DNA of 64,000 nucleotides, from positions 31,566-95,565 of the IMG/VR virus record IMGVR_UViG_3300030419_006954. The stretch is one strand, 5' to 3'. The notes beneath the pieces are model-generated. The model saw nothing but the letters and a program-made list of their open reading frames with translations. It searched no databases and was not told where the DNA came from. Positions 27,499-36,750 of the stretch are shown piece after piece; the stretch's first letter is position 1, and each line of letters begins with the position of its first letter. The DNA comes from a virus. A program made the position numbers and the translations under genes.

Positions 27499-28603
27499 AG
27501 AGATTCAACCACAAGAACTTCTTGGCAATTATTTGAAAGCGCACAAGGAAGACCACTATAATTTTGAAGACAGCATAGATTATAAAATTTCTAGCGGCTC
27601 TCTTCAATTTGATATGCATCTGGAGGGGGGCTTTGGACCTGGGCTGCATCGTTTCACAGGAGTCAACGAAGGCGGCAAAACTTCAGAATCTTTACAGGTT
27701 ATGAAAAACTTTCTGAAGGGACTCCCCAAATCACGGGGGTTATATGTAAAAGCGGAAGGGCGACTAGGGCCAGAGCTTCAAAAGCGTTCTGGCGTTAAGT
27801 TTGTTTTTTCTCCTGAAGAGTGGGTAGATGGAACTTGTTTTGTTTTTGAAAGCAATATTTATGAAACAGTAATGGGTCTAATACGGCAACTCATTACTAA
27901 TAATGAGGACAAGGTTAAATATTGTTTTATTTTAGATTCTGTGGACGGCTTAATCCGCAAAGACGACTTAGACAAAAATTTCGAAGAGAGCACCAAGGTT
28001 GCTGGTGGTGCGGTTGTAGCCTCTAACTTCTGCAAGAAAACAAGCACTGCTCTGGGTAAGCGGGGGCACATGGCTATTTTTATTAGTCAAGTCCGCGCCG
28101 ACATTAAGCTTGATCCTTATTCCAAGGCTCCCGTGCGCCAAACTACAGCCACAGGAGGGAATGCCCTCTTACACTTTGCGAATAACATTATGGAGTTCGA
28201 ACCCCGCTTTAAAGGGGATTTAATTTTGAAAAATCCCTCCGTTAAAACAGTGGACGCAAAGAAGAATCCGATTATTGGTCATCATGCGAAAGTTACCATT
28301 AAAAAATCCGCTCACGAAAACACCAACACGACTCTTTCTTACCCTATTCGTTATGGGCGCATAGATGGCACCTCTATATGGGTGGAGAAGGAAATTGTAG
28401 ATCTCCTCTATGCGTGGGAATTTGTGGAAAAGAAAGGCGCGTGGATTAAGCCTACCGATGATTTTAAGGAGCTGCTTGATTCCAATGGGTTTGGGTTTCC
28501 CGATAAAATTCAGGGCGACAACAATCTCTTTAAAACCATTGAAGATAACAAAGAATTGTCTGCATTTTTGATAGACTATTTCAAGGAACAGATAAATGCA
28601 TGA
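27491..28603 (+). CDS. recA: RecA/UvsX-like recombinase
   Basis: ISSGSLQFD, Walker A GVNEGGKT, ILDSV, IFISQVR, TGGNALLHFA. Confidence 0.85.
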   Translation: MSKEIQPQELLGNYLKAHKEDHYNFEDSIDYKISSGSLQFDMHLEGGFGPGLHRFTGVNEGGKTSESLQVMKNFLKGLPKSRGLYVKAEGRLGPELQKRSGVKFVFSPEEWVDGTCFVFESNIYETVMGLIRQLITNNEDKVKYCFILDSVDGLIRKDDLDKNFEESTKVAGGAVVASNFCKKTSTALGKRGHMAIFISQVRADIKLDPYSKAPVRQTTATGGNALLHFANNIMEFEPRFKGDLILKNPSVKTVDAKKNPIIGHHAKVTIKKSAHENTNTTLSYPIRYGRIDGTSIWVEKEIVDLLYAWEFVEKKGAWIKPTDDFKELLDSNGFGFPDKIQGDNNLFKTIEDNKELSAFLIDYFKEQINA

Positions 28604-29007
28604 AGTTTATTGACTCATATGGCAAACAGAGAAATCTAAAGAACGCAAAGAAGTATTTAATAGATTGGGACAAGCCTAGCCGCAGCAAGTTCCAAACCCA
28701 AGTTAAAAGGTTTCTAAGAAGGTATTGGAAGAATGATATTGTGTTCGAAGAGTTTAGGGTCGTAGGCACTCGCCTTACCTTAGACTTTTATAATGCCAAT
28801 AAAAAGATAGCAGTTGAAGTTCAAGGAGCGCAGCACACAAAATTTGTTAAGTTTTTCCATAAAAATCGCTTCAAGTATAGAGAACAACTCAAAAGGGATG
28901 AAAAAAAGCTCGACTTTTGTAAAGCCAATGATATAAAGTTGGCAGAAGTTTATCCACAGGACAAAATAGTAGCCTCATTATTCAAAAAACAGGATATTTA
29001 TTTATGA
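28600..29007 (+). CDS. DUF559/Vsr-like endonuclease
   Basis: EEF...LDFY....IAVEVQGAQH...RDEKK..FC. Confidence 0.75.
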   Translation: MKFIDSYGKQRNLKNAKKYLIDWDKPSRSKFQTQVKRFLRRYWKNDIVFEEFRVVGTRLTLDFYNANKKIAVEVQGAQHTKFVKFFHKNRFKYREQLKRDEKKLDFCKANDIKLAEVYPQDKIVASLFKKQDIYL

Positions 29008-29237
29008 ATTTAGAAGAAAATGACGAATTCTCTATCCCGTCTGAGATGGTAGAAAAAATTTACGAGCTGTCAGGAGGGGTGGATAAATATAAAGGTGTGA
29101 TATTGGCGGTTTCTTCTGAAAATGGCAAACCTTTAATATATTGTAAATTTGATTGTGGGATGACTGAGTTTGCTTTAACTAAAGCTCTTGAAAACCATTT
29201 CACATCTCCTCTTGAAAGAAGGGAAGAAGACCGATGA
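29004..29237 (+). CDS. Hypothetical protein
   Basis: ATGA-coupled ORF between nuclease and helicase. Confidence 0.6.
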   Translation: MNLEENDEFSIPSEMVEKIYELSGGVDKYKGVILAVSSENGKPLIYCKFDCGMTEFALTKALENHFTSPLERREEDR

Positions 29238-30751
29238 TTTATAACTTTGAGCTAGAAAAGCAGCTATTGGCAGGTTTGATTAAAGAGCCTGACACTCTGG
29301 CAGAAATATCCAATTTTATTGGCACCTCCGATTTTTATTCCAAGCAAAGCTCTTTGCACTCAGCTATCTTCAGGATTGTTAAACAAGCTATAGATGCAGG
29401 AGATGAGGTAGACGAAGTTATTATAGCCCAAAGGGTTAACGACGTAGGGTTGTCATTTGAAGATAATTTAAACCCCTCGGATTATATTAAATCTTTAGCC
29501 CTCAGGAAAGTCCCCAAAGGCAACACCCTCAAAACAGCTAAGGAATTAAAAAAATATTCAATCAGGCGCGAAATCTTGGATTCTTCTCAAGATATCGCCA
29601 AAAAGATGAAAAACATGGCTCCTGAGGCGTCCTATAGAGCCATTATAGAAGCCGCTGATTCCGCATATAATTCCCGCATTAACCTCTACGAGATGGGCAA
29701 TGACACGCCTGAAAATATTTACGAGGAAATGGAGGCTCTTATAGAAGAGCGCGGCAACAATCCCGTTACAGAGTTCGGGATGATGGGTCCGCACCCTAAA
29801 GTCAACGAGATTTACGGCTCATTGCTCCGCGCAGGAAACATTACCGTTATAGTAGCCAGATCGGGAGTTGGTAAAACAAATTTCTGCATGGATTACAGCA
29901 CGAAGGTGAGTCTCAAGTATGATGTTCCAGTTTTGCATTTTGATAATGGTGAGATGAGCAAAGAAGAGCTTATTATGCGCCAGTGCGCTGCCCTTTCAGG
30001 GGTCTCCATGCATCTACTGGAGAGTGGTAAATGGAGGCAAGCTGGCGAGAAAGTAGTAGATAAAGTCCGCTCGGTTTGGCCAGTGGTTAAAAACTTAAAA
30101 TTTTATTATTATAACGTGGGAGGAATGGATGTAGACTCCATGGTTAATACTCTTAAAAGATTTTATTATTCTAAGGTAGGTCGAGGCAAGTCGATGGTAT
30201 TTTCCTTTGATTACATCAAAACCACCTCAGAAAATATCGCCAACAAGTCAGAGTGGCAGGTAGTGGGAGAGATGGTGGACAAGTTTAAGAAGTGTGTGCA
30301 GAAGGAAATTCTTCATGACGGGAATCCCGTTATTCCTATGATTACTTCTGTCCAGTCCAACAGATACGGCATCACCAACAACAGAAACTCTCAAAACATT
30401 GTAGATGACGAGTCTATTGTTTCTCTTTCAGATCGCATCACCCAATTCTGTTCCCACATGTTCATTTTGCGGAACAAGACCACTGATGAGATAGAGACTG
30501 AAGGGGGCAGATTTGGCACCCATAAACTAATTAACGTCAAAGCCCGACATTTAGGGAGCGATATCGCTGGTGCCATTGAACCCGTTAGGATCGGAGATGC
30601 ACTCCGCAAAAACTCTATAAATTTAGAATTTAATAATTTTAATATTGCAGAAAGGGGAGATTTGAGAGATATCGCGAGAATGCTCGATGGTGAAGAAGAT
30701 TTAGATGGTGATGGAGCCCAACAAACAATCCCAGATTTCGATGAGTTCTGA
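29234..30751 (+). CDS. dnaB: Replicative DNA helicase (DnaB-like)
   Basis: N-terminal ELEKQLLAGL...DFY..LH..IF; Walker A ARSGVGKT; EMSKEEL; FDYI; Q.NR; KARH. Confidence 0.9.
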   Translation: MIYNFELEKQLLAGLIKEPDTLAEISNFIGTSDFYSKQSSLHSAIFRIVKQAIDAGDEVDEVIIAQRVNDVGLSFEDNLNPSDYIKSLALRKVPKGNTLKTAKELKKYSIRREILDSSQDIAKKMKNMAPEASYRAIIEAADSAYNSRINLYEMGNDTPENIYEEMEALIEERGNNPVTEFGMMGPHPKVNEIYGSLLRAGNITVIVARSGVGKTNFCMDYSTKVSLKYDVPVLHFDNGEMSKEELIMRQCAALSGVSMHLLESGKWRQAGEKVVDKVRSVWPVVKNLKFYYYNVGGMDVDSMVNTLKRFYYSKVGRGKSMVFSFDYIKTTSENIANKSEWQVVGEMVDKFKKCVQKEILHDGNPVIPMITSVQSNRYGITNNRNSQNIVDDESIVSLSDRITQFCSHMFILRNKTTDEIETEGGRFGTHKLINVKARHLGSDIAGAIEPVRIGDALRKNSINLEFNNFNIAERGDLRDIARMLDGEEDLDGDGAQQTIPDFDEF

Positions 30752-31775
30752 AGACTTCCAAGGTGTTCTGGAGTCGATAGGATACAATCTAATTGACTGT
30801 GGAGACCATTGGAGAACACAGGCTTTATATCGAGATGGTGACAACAAAACTGCTGTAAAGATTTACAAGAACACAGGTGTATGGATGGATTTCGTAGAGA
30901 ACAAAGGGTCGATGCCTTTCGAAGCATTGATCCGCTTAACAGTCAAAGATGATAAACAAATAAAAGAGATCATTGGCAGCACCAAACTAGAAACTTCTAC
31001 TCTTTATTCTCCAAAAGAAACAATAGAAATGGAAAAAATTTACCCCACATCCTCTCTAGACCGACTTTTCCCAAATTATAATTTTTATGAAAAAAGGGGT
31101 ATTTCTAAAGACACCCAGCAAGCCTTTCAGGTTGGCTTGGCTGGAGTTGGCAAAATGTATAGGAGGATGGTTTTCCCTGTCTTCAATGAACATGGCCAGA
31201 TAATTGGCTTCTCTGGCAGGAAAGTAGATTCCAACAATGATTATCCCAAGTGGAAACACATTGGTAGACGCAATAACTGGGTTTATCCCGCCTTGAACAA
31301 AAAGACGGGTGTAGACGAAGAAATAACAACACAAGAGCAAGTGGTTCTAGTAGAAAGCATAGGAGATGCAATGGCATTGTATGAACAAGGTATTAAAAAC
31401 GTTTTGGTTATTTTTGGTCTATCTGTTAACAATAATATCGTTAACTATCTTAGTGGTAAGCCTATTAATCATATTTTTATTTCGACTAACAATGACGCGG
31501 CTAGTCAAGAAAATAGAGGCTTTATTGCGGCCATCAAAAGCTTCATAAAGCTTTCTAAGTATTTCGACCTAGACAGGTTGACTGTAAAATTCCCCCCGAA
31601 ACCCTATAATGATTTTGGTGACGCTCATTTGGCCGAATACGACCTTACTGCTTGGCTTGGCAAAGATATAGATAAAGCTGCACAACTAGATTACATCTTA
31701 GAGTTTGTTAGAAACAACCCATCTTGCTTCACTAAGAAAGAAATAAAAACATCCTTAATACTTAGTGATGCCTGA
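30741..31775 (+). CDS. dnaG: DNA primase (DnaG-like, TOPRIM)
   Basis: RMVFPVFNEHGQIIGFSGR, PKWKH, VLVESIGDAMAL, NDFGD; ATG 30741. Confidence 0.85.
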   Translation: MSSEDFQGVLESIGYNLIDCGDHWRTQALYRDGDNKTAVKIYKNTGVWMDFVENKGSMPFEALIRLTVKDDKQIKEIIGSTKLETSTLYSPKETIEMEKIYPTSSLDRLFPNYNFYEKRGISKDTQQAFQVGLAGVGKMYRRMVFPVFNEHGQIIGFSGRKVDSNNDYPKWKHIGRRNNWVYPALNKKTGVDEEITTQEQVVLVESIGDAMALYEQGIKNVLVIFGLSVNNNIVNYLSGKPINHIFISTNNDAASQENRGFIAAIKSFIKLSKYFDLDRLTVKFPPKPYNDFGDAHLAEYDLTAWLGKDIDKAAQLDYILEFVRNNPSCFTKKEIKTSLILSDA

Positions 31776-32793
31776 ACTCCAAACGCCGTTATCTGCTAGT
31801 AGAATAAAAACGGCGCAGTCGTGTTCATGGCTCTATTGGTGCAAGTATAAGCTAAAGCTACCAGACAGAAGTAATGACGGAGCCCGAAGAGGCTCTATTT
31901 GCCATTTAGTTTTTGAAGTTCTGGGGGTAAAGGGAAGGAAAAAATATTATAATAAAATAATAAAAAGCCAAGATGTTTTTGCTGTCCCTTCTATAAAGCG
32001 CCTTATTCTAAAACACGCTGTTAGGGAAGGCGTAGACGATTCTGAAAATGTAGAGCTGATGAAAGATATGATCTTCAATGGTCTTTCGTATGATTTTTTT
32101 GGCGATGATTTAGGAAAGCCTACAGAGGAATACTCAGAGAAGGATTTTGATATCATAAAAAATGATGGCAATATAAAATACAAAATAAGAGGCTTTATAG
32201 ATAAGCTATTTTTATATAAGAAAAAGAAATTTGCTATAATACGAGACTTCAAGACGAGCAAAGAAGTCTTTAAAGGCAAAGACCAGACCGACAACCTGCA
32301 AGACCTCATGTATAGCCTTGCGGTTAAAAACCTGTTCCCCGAGTATTCTGAGAGAGTTAGCGAGTTTCTCTTCCTTAAGTTCGACTTAGACCCCGATGCA
32401 GCAAAATCAGGTGTTGTCCGCATGAAGGCTCTTGACGAGAACGAGTTAGAGGGTTTTGAAATGCAACTCTCTGAGATACAAAAATATCTAGATAACTTTT
32501 CAGAAAAAAACGCTAAACAAAATTTTGCTCTTCACCAAGGATTTCCCAAAGACAACTCCTTTAGCGGGAAATTGCTATGTGGATTTGCCACAAAAAAGGG
32601 AGAGTTAAAAAAGGATGGCTCTCCCAAATGGCACTGCCCCATGAAGTTTGATTTTTTCTTTTATGAGGTTTGCAACTCTAATGGAGATGTTGTGAGGGCA
32701 TATTTTGAGGATGAGTTCTCAGAAGATTTAGTCCCCGAGGGCGGTAGCTATGAGATGAAATATTATCAAGGTTGCCCCGCACATTCTTCTTGA
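31768..32793 (+). CDS. PD-(D/E)XK nuclease (RecB/Cas4-like exonuclease)
   Basis: LSASRIKT..SC.W.Y, GSICH, RGFIDKL, IRDFKTSK, Q...Y. Confidence 0.85.
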   Translation: MPELQTPLSASRIKTAQSCSWLYWCKYKLKLPDRSNDGARRGSICHLVFEVLGVKGRKKYYNKIIKSQDVFAVPSIKRLILKHAVREGVDDSENVELMKDMIFNGLSYDFFGDDLGKPTEEYSEKDFDIIKNDGNIKYKIRGFIDKLFLYKKKKFAIIRDFKTSKEVFKGKDQTDNLQDLMYSLAVKNLFPEYSERVSEFLFLKFDLDPDAAKSGVVRMKALDENELEGFEMQLSEIQKYLDNFSEKNAKQNFALHQGFPKDNSFSGKLLCGFATKKGELKKDGSPKWHCPMKFDFFFYEVCNSNGDVVRAYFEDEFSEDLVPEGGSYEMKYYQGCPAHSS

Positions 32794-32817
32794 CCTTTCA
32801 GGGAAAAGGTCCAATAT
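32790..32817 (+). promoter_or_regulatory. Possible sigma70-like promoter with internal inverted repeat
   Basis: TTGACC-16 nt-CAATAT; the inverted repeat GACCTTT-6-AAAGGTC overlaps the -35 and spans the spacer. Confidence 0.35.
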
Positions 32818-32824
32818 ACAGGAG

Positions 32825-33562
32825 ATGACTCCAGTATTCAAGTCAACCTATTCTATCGGGAAGAGTATTCTAACTCTGGATAAGGAAGGGACGGAGGACG
32901 GTCCAGATAGCATCATTGAGATGTGCGAAGAAAACTCTATCAAGTCTCTTGTGCTTGTAGAGGACTCCATGACAGGATTTGTGACTGCCCACAATCGCTG
33001 CAAAGAGGCTGGGATTGATTTAGTCTTTGGATTAAGAATTACCTGCTGCAATGACACTTATGATGATGATGACTCTGATCACAAGATTATAATTTTTGCC
33101 AAGAACGATGAGGGGTGCCGCTTACTCTATCGAATTTATTCATACGCCCACACAGGGCAAAACGGCAAAGTAGATTTTGCGTTTCTCTTCAGCCTTTGGA
33201 ATGAGAACATTGAATTAGTTATTCCTTTTTATGATTCTTTTATATATAATAATAACTTTCACTTCAAAAAGTGTGTCCCCGATTTCTCCACCATACTCCC
33301 GACTTTTTGGCTGGAAGCGAACGACTTACCCTTCGATGGATTGTTAGCTGAGAAGGTATTAAAGTTCGCCCAAGGAATGATGAGGCCAGTTAAGCGGGTA
33401 AAAACTATTCTATATAAAAACAGAGACGATGCTGAAGCTCTTCAAACTTACAAGATTCTCTGTAACCGAAATTTTGGCAGAGCCGCCTCTTTAAGTAGTC
33501 CTAACCTTAATCACTTCGGCAGCAAGGAGTTCTGCCTTGAATCTTATTTGCAATATGAATGA
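32825..33562 (+). CDS. Stand-alone PHP domain of DNA polymerase III alpha
   Basis: FKSTYS.GKSIL, LVLVED.M.GF, LVFGLRI, IIFAKNDEG.RLL - DnaE N-terminal PHP pattern with His ligands lost. Confidence 0.8.
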   Translation: MTPVFKSTYSIGKSILTLDKEGTEDGPDSIIEMCEENSIKSLVLVEDSMTGFVTAHNRCKEAGIDLVFGLRITCCNDTYDDDDSDHKIIIFAKNDEGCRLLYRIYSYAHTGQNGKVDFAFLFSLWNENIELVIPFYDSFIYNNNFHFKKCVPDFSTILPTFWLEANDLPFDGLLAEKVLKFAQGMMRPVKRVKTILYKNRDDAEALQTYKILCNRNFGRAASLSSPNLNHFGSKEFCLESYLQYE

Positions 33563-34187
33563 GTCATTACTTAGATTTAACAAAAAGCAAAGATATCTTG
33601 TTTTTGACACTGAGACGGAGGGGTTGAATTTAGTTACCTCTAGGCCGTGGCAAATCGCTTGGTTGGTAGTGGAGGGAGACACAATTCTTTCGCGTCATGA
33701 CAAGTTTATAGATTGGCCTGACTTAAACGTTTCTGAAGGTGCAGCCAAAGTCACAGGCTTTTCTCGCAAAGAGTATGAAAAGAAAGCCGAAGCTCCCGAC
33801 CAAGTGTGGTGCCAATTTTCTGCCCAACTTTATAATGAAGACAACTTAGTTATCGGGCAGAACCTTTTGGGCTTTGATGTTTACATAATTAATGTGTGGC
33901 GCAAATTGATGGGTATGCAAAGTGATTACTCTTTTGTAAACAGAATTATAGACACTAAATCCTTGGCGACAGCTATTGCTAAACAAATCCCCGTAGAGAA
34001 GCAGAACTTTCTACCTTGGCAGTATAGGTTGCTAAACTACAGGGAAAGAGGCTTAAAAACCTCTCAAGCTACTCTTCTGAAAAAATACAGCATCCCCCAC
34101 GATCCGAAGAGGCTCCACGATGCCCTCTATGATATTGAAATGAATTTTAAGGTTTTTCGCAAGCAGCTTTTTGAGTTGGAGATATGA
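33555..34187 (+). CDS. DEDDh 3'-5' exonuclease (DNA pol III epsilon-like)
   Basis: VFDTETEGL, NLLGFD, IIDT, LHDALYD. Confidence 0.9.
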   Translation: MNESLLRFNKKQRYLVFDTETEGLNLVTSRPWQIAWLVVEGDTILSRHDKFIDWPDLNVSEGAAKVTGFSRKEYEKKAEAPDQVWCQFSAQLYNEDNLVIGQNLLGFDVYIINVWRKLMGMQSDYSFVNRIIDTKSLATAIAKQIPVEKQNFLPWQYRLLNYRERGLKTSQATLLKKYSIPHDPKRLHDALYDIEMNFKVFRKQLFELEI

Positions 34188-36739
34188 ATTCTACTAAATA
34201 TACAGGCTATAAAACCCCTTTTCCTGTGGGGGTTAAGCTGCCAGAAATCAAAATTGAAAAAAAATATTACGAAGAGGTCTCTTGCGTAGACCTGGAAGAT
34301 AACTTCCAATTCCTCAGGAAGCTATGCTTCAAAAGGGTCAAAGAAAAAGGCATAGACCAACTGGAGAATGCTCAAACCTATTATGACCGCATCAAGGAAG
34401 AGTTGTCTATCTTCAAAGACTTAGGGTTTGTTGATTATATTCTTCTGAACTGGGATATTCTTAACTATTGCAAGGAAAACGATATCCCCACAGGTGCAGG
34501 AAGGGGCAGCGCGGCGGGGTCTCTAGTCCTGTATGTTATTGGCGTTACCAACATTGACCCCATTGAACATGATTTATTTTTTGAGCGCTTTGTTTCTAAA
34601 AGCAGAGCTAAAAAGATAGAACATGAAGGTGAAACTTATTTAGACGGCAGCTTGCTCGCTGATGTAGATAATGACATCTCTTATGATCGACGCGCCGAGG
34701 TCATTAAATATATTGAGAAAAAATTCGAAGGGCGAACTTCCAAAATTCTCACTTTAAACACTTTAAGCAGTAAGCTCTGCATGAAAGAGTGCGGTAAAAT
34801 AGTTGAAGAACTAAGCGAGGGAGAGGTAAACCAAATTAGCGACACAATCCCCAAACACTTTGGGATAGTCGCCAAGCTAGACACGGCCTATGAGGAAAGT
34901 GAGACTTTTAAGGCTTATGCTGATAAATACCCCAAAGTCTTTAGGATAGCGCAGAAGCTCCAAGGACTAAACAAAAATACAGGGGTTCACCCTTCAGGTA
35001 TTTGCATTTCTTATTATGATTTAGATGATATCATGCCGCTACAAACCACTAATGACGGGGCGTTGGTTTCTGGTTATGACATGAATGATGTGGCTAGCCT
35101 AAGCGTTAAGTTTGATATCCTTGGTTTAAGGACTTTATCTGTAGTTCATGATGTCTGTAAGCAAATAGGGATAGATGCCTCTGAGATCGACCCCCATCAC
35201 CATTCCATCTATGCAGCCTTGTCTTGTCTGCGGTCTCCGCAAGGGCTTTTTCAGATCGAAGCAGACACTAACTTCAAGGTATGCCAACAAATAGCTCCAC
35301 GCGATCTTGAGCAACTTTCTGCGGTGGTCGCTATTGCTAGACCTGGGGCACTAGACTTTAAGGATAGATATGCAGAATATGCGCGAACAGGTGAATCTCA
35401 GTCGGTTCATGAATTTTTTGATGACATTCTTAGTTATACGGGTGGCATCCCCTTGTATCAGGAGCAGTTAATGAAAATGGCTGTTAAAGTAGGATTCAGT
35501 CTGGATGAATCCGAGCAGCTTCGACGCATCGTGGGCAAGAAAAAGGTGGATCAAATGCCAGCGTGGAAAGCGAAGATCGAAGAGAAGATAGAAAAGAACA
35601 ATCTCGATCCATCCATCGGAGACGTTTTATGGAGCGTGGCAGAAGACTCTGCTAATTACTCTTTTAACAAATCTCACTCTATTAGTTACGCTTATCTTGC
35701 AGCTTGCACGGTGTATCTTAAATTTAACTACCCCAAGGAGTTCTTTTTAAGTCTTTTAAAATACACTAAATATGAGCCTAATTCTCATGAAGAGATAGCT
35801 AAAATTACCCAAGAATTAGGTAATTTTGGCATAAAGCTTTTACCTCCCGATCTTAATAAGTCTGATATTGATTTTAAGATTGAAGAAGACAACATAAGAT
35901 ATGGCCTTAATTCTATCAAAGGCGTTTCCACCAAGGTTTTGGAGTCTTTATTAGAATTTAGAGAGGACTCGTTTGCTAACAAGTATGAAGTATTTTTATC
36001 CGCGAAGCAAGCTGGGTTAAACATAGGGACTCTCTCTGCCTTAATACAAGCAGGACTTCTTGATTCGTTTGTTTCTAGCAATCGGTGTCGATTAGTTTTA
36101 GAGGCTCAAACCTTTAACATTCTTACTGACCGAGAGAAGAGGAACCTGATTGCGTTAGGTCCGAAATACGACTACGACATCATCACAGCCATTCATGCGG
36201 CTAGGAAAGAGGAAATGGTGGGTGATGATAACCGCCAGATGTTTACAGAGAAGCGTTTTGGGACATTCCGCAAAAAATTTAATCCCTATAAGGAAATATA
36301 TGGGATGAACTCAAAACACATCAAATATGCCAATTGGTATTTTGAAGAGAAACTTCTTGGCTATAGCTATTCTCACAACATAAGGCAGGTTTTTAGTTAC
36401 GAAGATGATTTTCACTCATCTGCGGTCGTGAGAGATTTACCTGATAGAGCAAACGTTAAGTTTGTGGGTATTCTGACCGACATTATCCGCAGGACTAGTA
36501 GAAATGGCAACAAATACGCCCGTCTGGACCTGCAAGACGAAGTGGGAAAAGTAGATGGTTTATTTCTCGACGGTCAACGTGCGCCACGCCTTACTAATTA
36601 TCTGGATTCTGGCAAGAAATTACCGAAAAAGGGGGAAATTATGATAATTTATGGGTCAAAGGGCGACGATGTTGTTTTTGTTGACAAACTCTTTCCATTA
36701 AAGGATAAAATCTACATGAAGTTATCTGAACTTAAATAG
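34184..36739 (+). CDS. dnaE: DNA polymerase III alpha catalytic subunit lacking the PHP domain
   Basis: GRGSAAGSLV, FERF, ADVDND, GVHPSG, KFDILGL, YQEQLM, FNKSH, C-terminal OB fold. Confidence 0.93.
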   Translation: MNSTKYTGYKTPFPVGVKLPEIKIEKKYYEEVSCVDLEDNFQFLRKLCFKRVKEKGIDQLENAQTYYDRIKEELSIFKDLGFVDYILLNWDILNYCKENDIPTGAGRGSAAGSLVLYVIGVTNIDPIEHDLFFERFVSKSRAKKIEHEGETYLDGSLLADVDNDISYDRRAEVIKYIEKKFEGRTSKILTLNTLSSKLCMKECGKIVEELSEGEVNQISDTIPKHFGIVAKLDTAYEESETFKAYADKYPKVFRIAQKLQGLNKNTGVHPSGICISYYDLDDIMPLQTTNDGALVSGYDMNDVASLSVKFDILGLRTLSVVHDVCKQIGIDASEIDPHHHSIYAALSCLRSPQGLFQIEADTNFKVCQQIAPRDLEQLSAVVAIARPGALDFKDRYAEYARTGESQSVHEFFDDILSYTGGIPLYQEQLMKMAVKVGFSLDESEQLRRIVGKKKVDQMPAWKAKIEEKIEKNNLDPSIGDVLWSVAEDSANYSFNKSHSISYAYLAACTVYLKFNYPKEFFLSLLKYTKYEPNSHEEIAKITQELGNFGIKLLPPDLNKSDIDFKIEEDNIRYGLNSIKGVSTKVLESLLEFREDSFANKYEVFLSAKQAGLNIGTLSALIQAGLLDSFVSSNRCRLVLEAQTFNILTDREKRNLIALGPKYDYDIITAIHAARKEEMVGDDNRQMFTEKRFGTFRKKFNPYKEIYGMNSKHIKYANWYFEEKLLGYSYSHNIRQVFSYEDDFHSSAVVRDLPDRANVKFVGILTDIIRRTSRNGNKYARLDLQDEVGKVDGLFLDGQRAPRLTNYLDSGKKLPKKGEIMIIYGSKGDDVVFVDKLFPLKDKIYMKLSELK

Positions 36740-36746
36740 TGTAATT
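36737..36746 (+). promoter_or_regulatory. RGTGTAAW motif upstream of the Clp ATPase gene
   Basis: taGTGTAAtt, 6 and 9 nt before tandem ATGs at 36751 and 36754. Confidence 0.45.
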
Positions 36747-36750
36747 AATT

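Noticed and set aside
31768-32793. Cas4 as part of a CRISPR system
   Set aside because: Sits among replication genes with no array or other cas genes; best read as a phage PD-(D/E)XK exonuclease.
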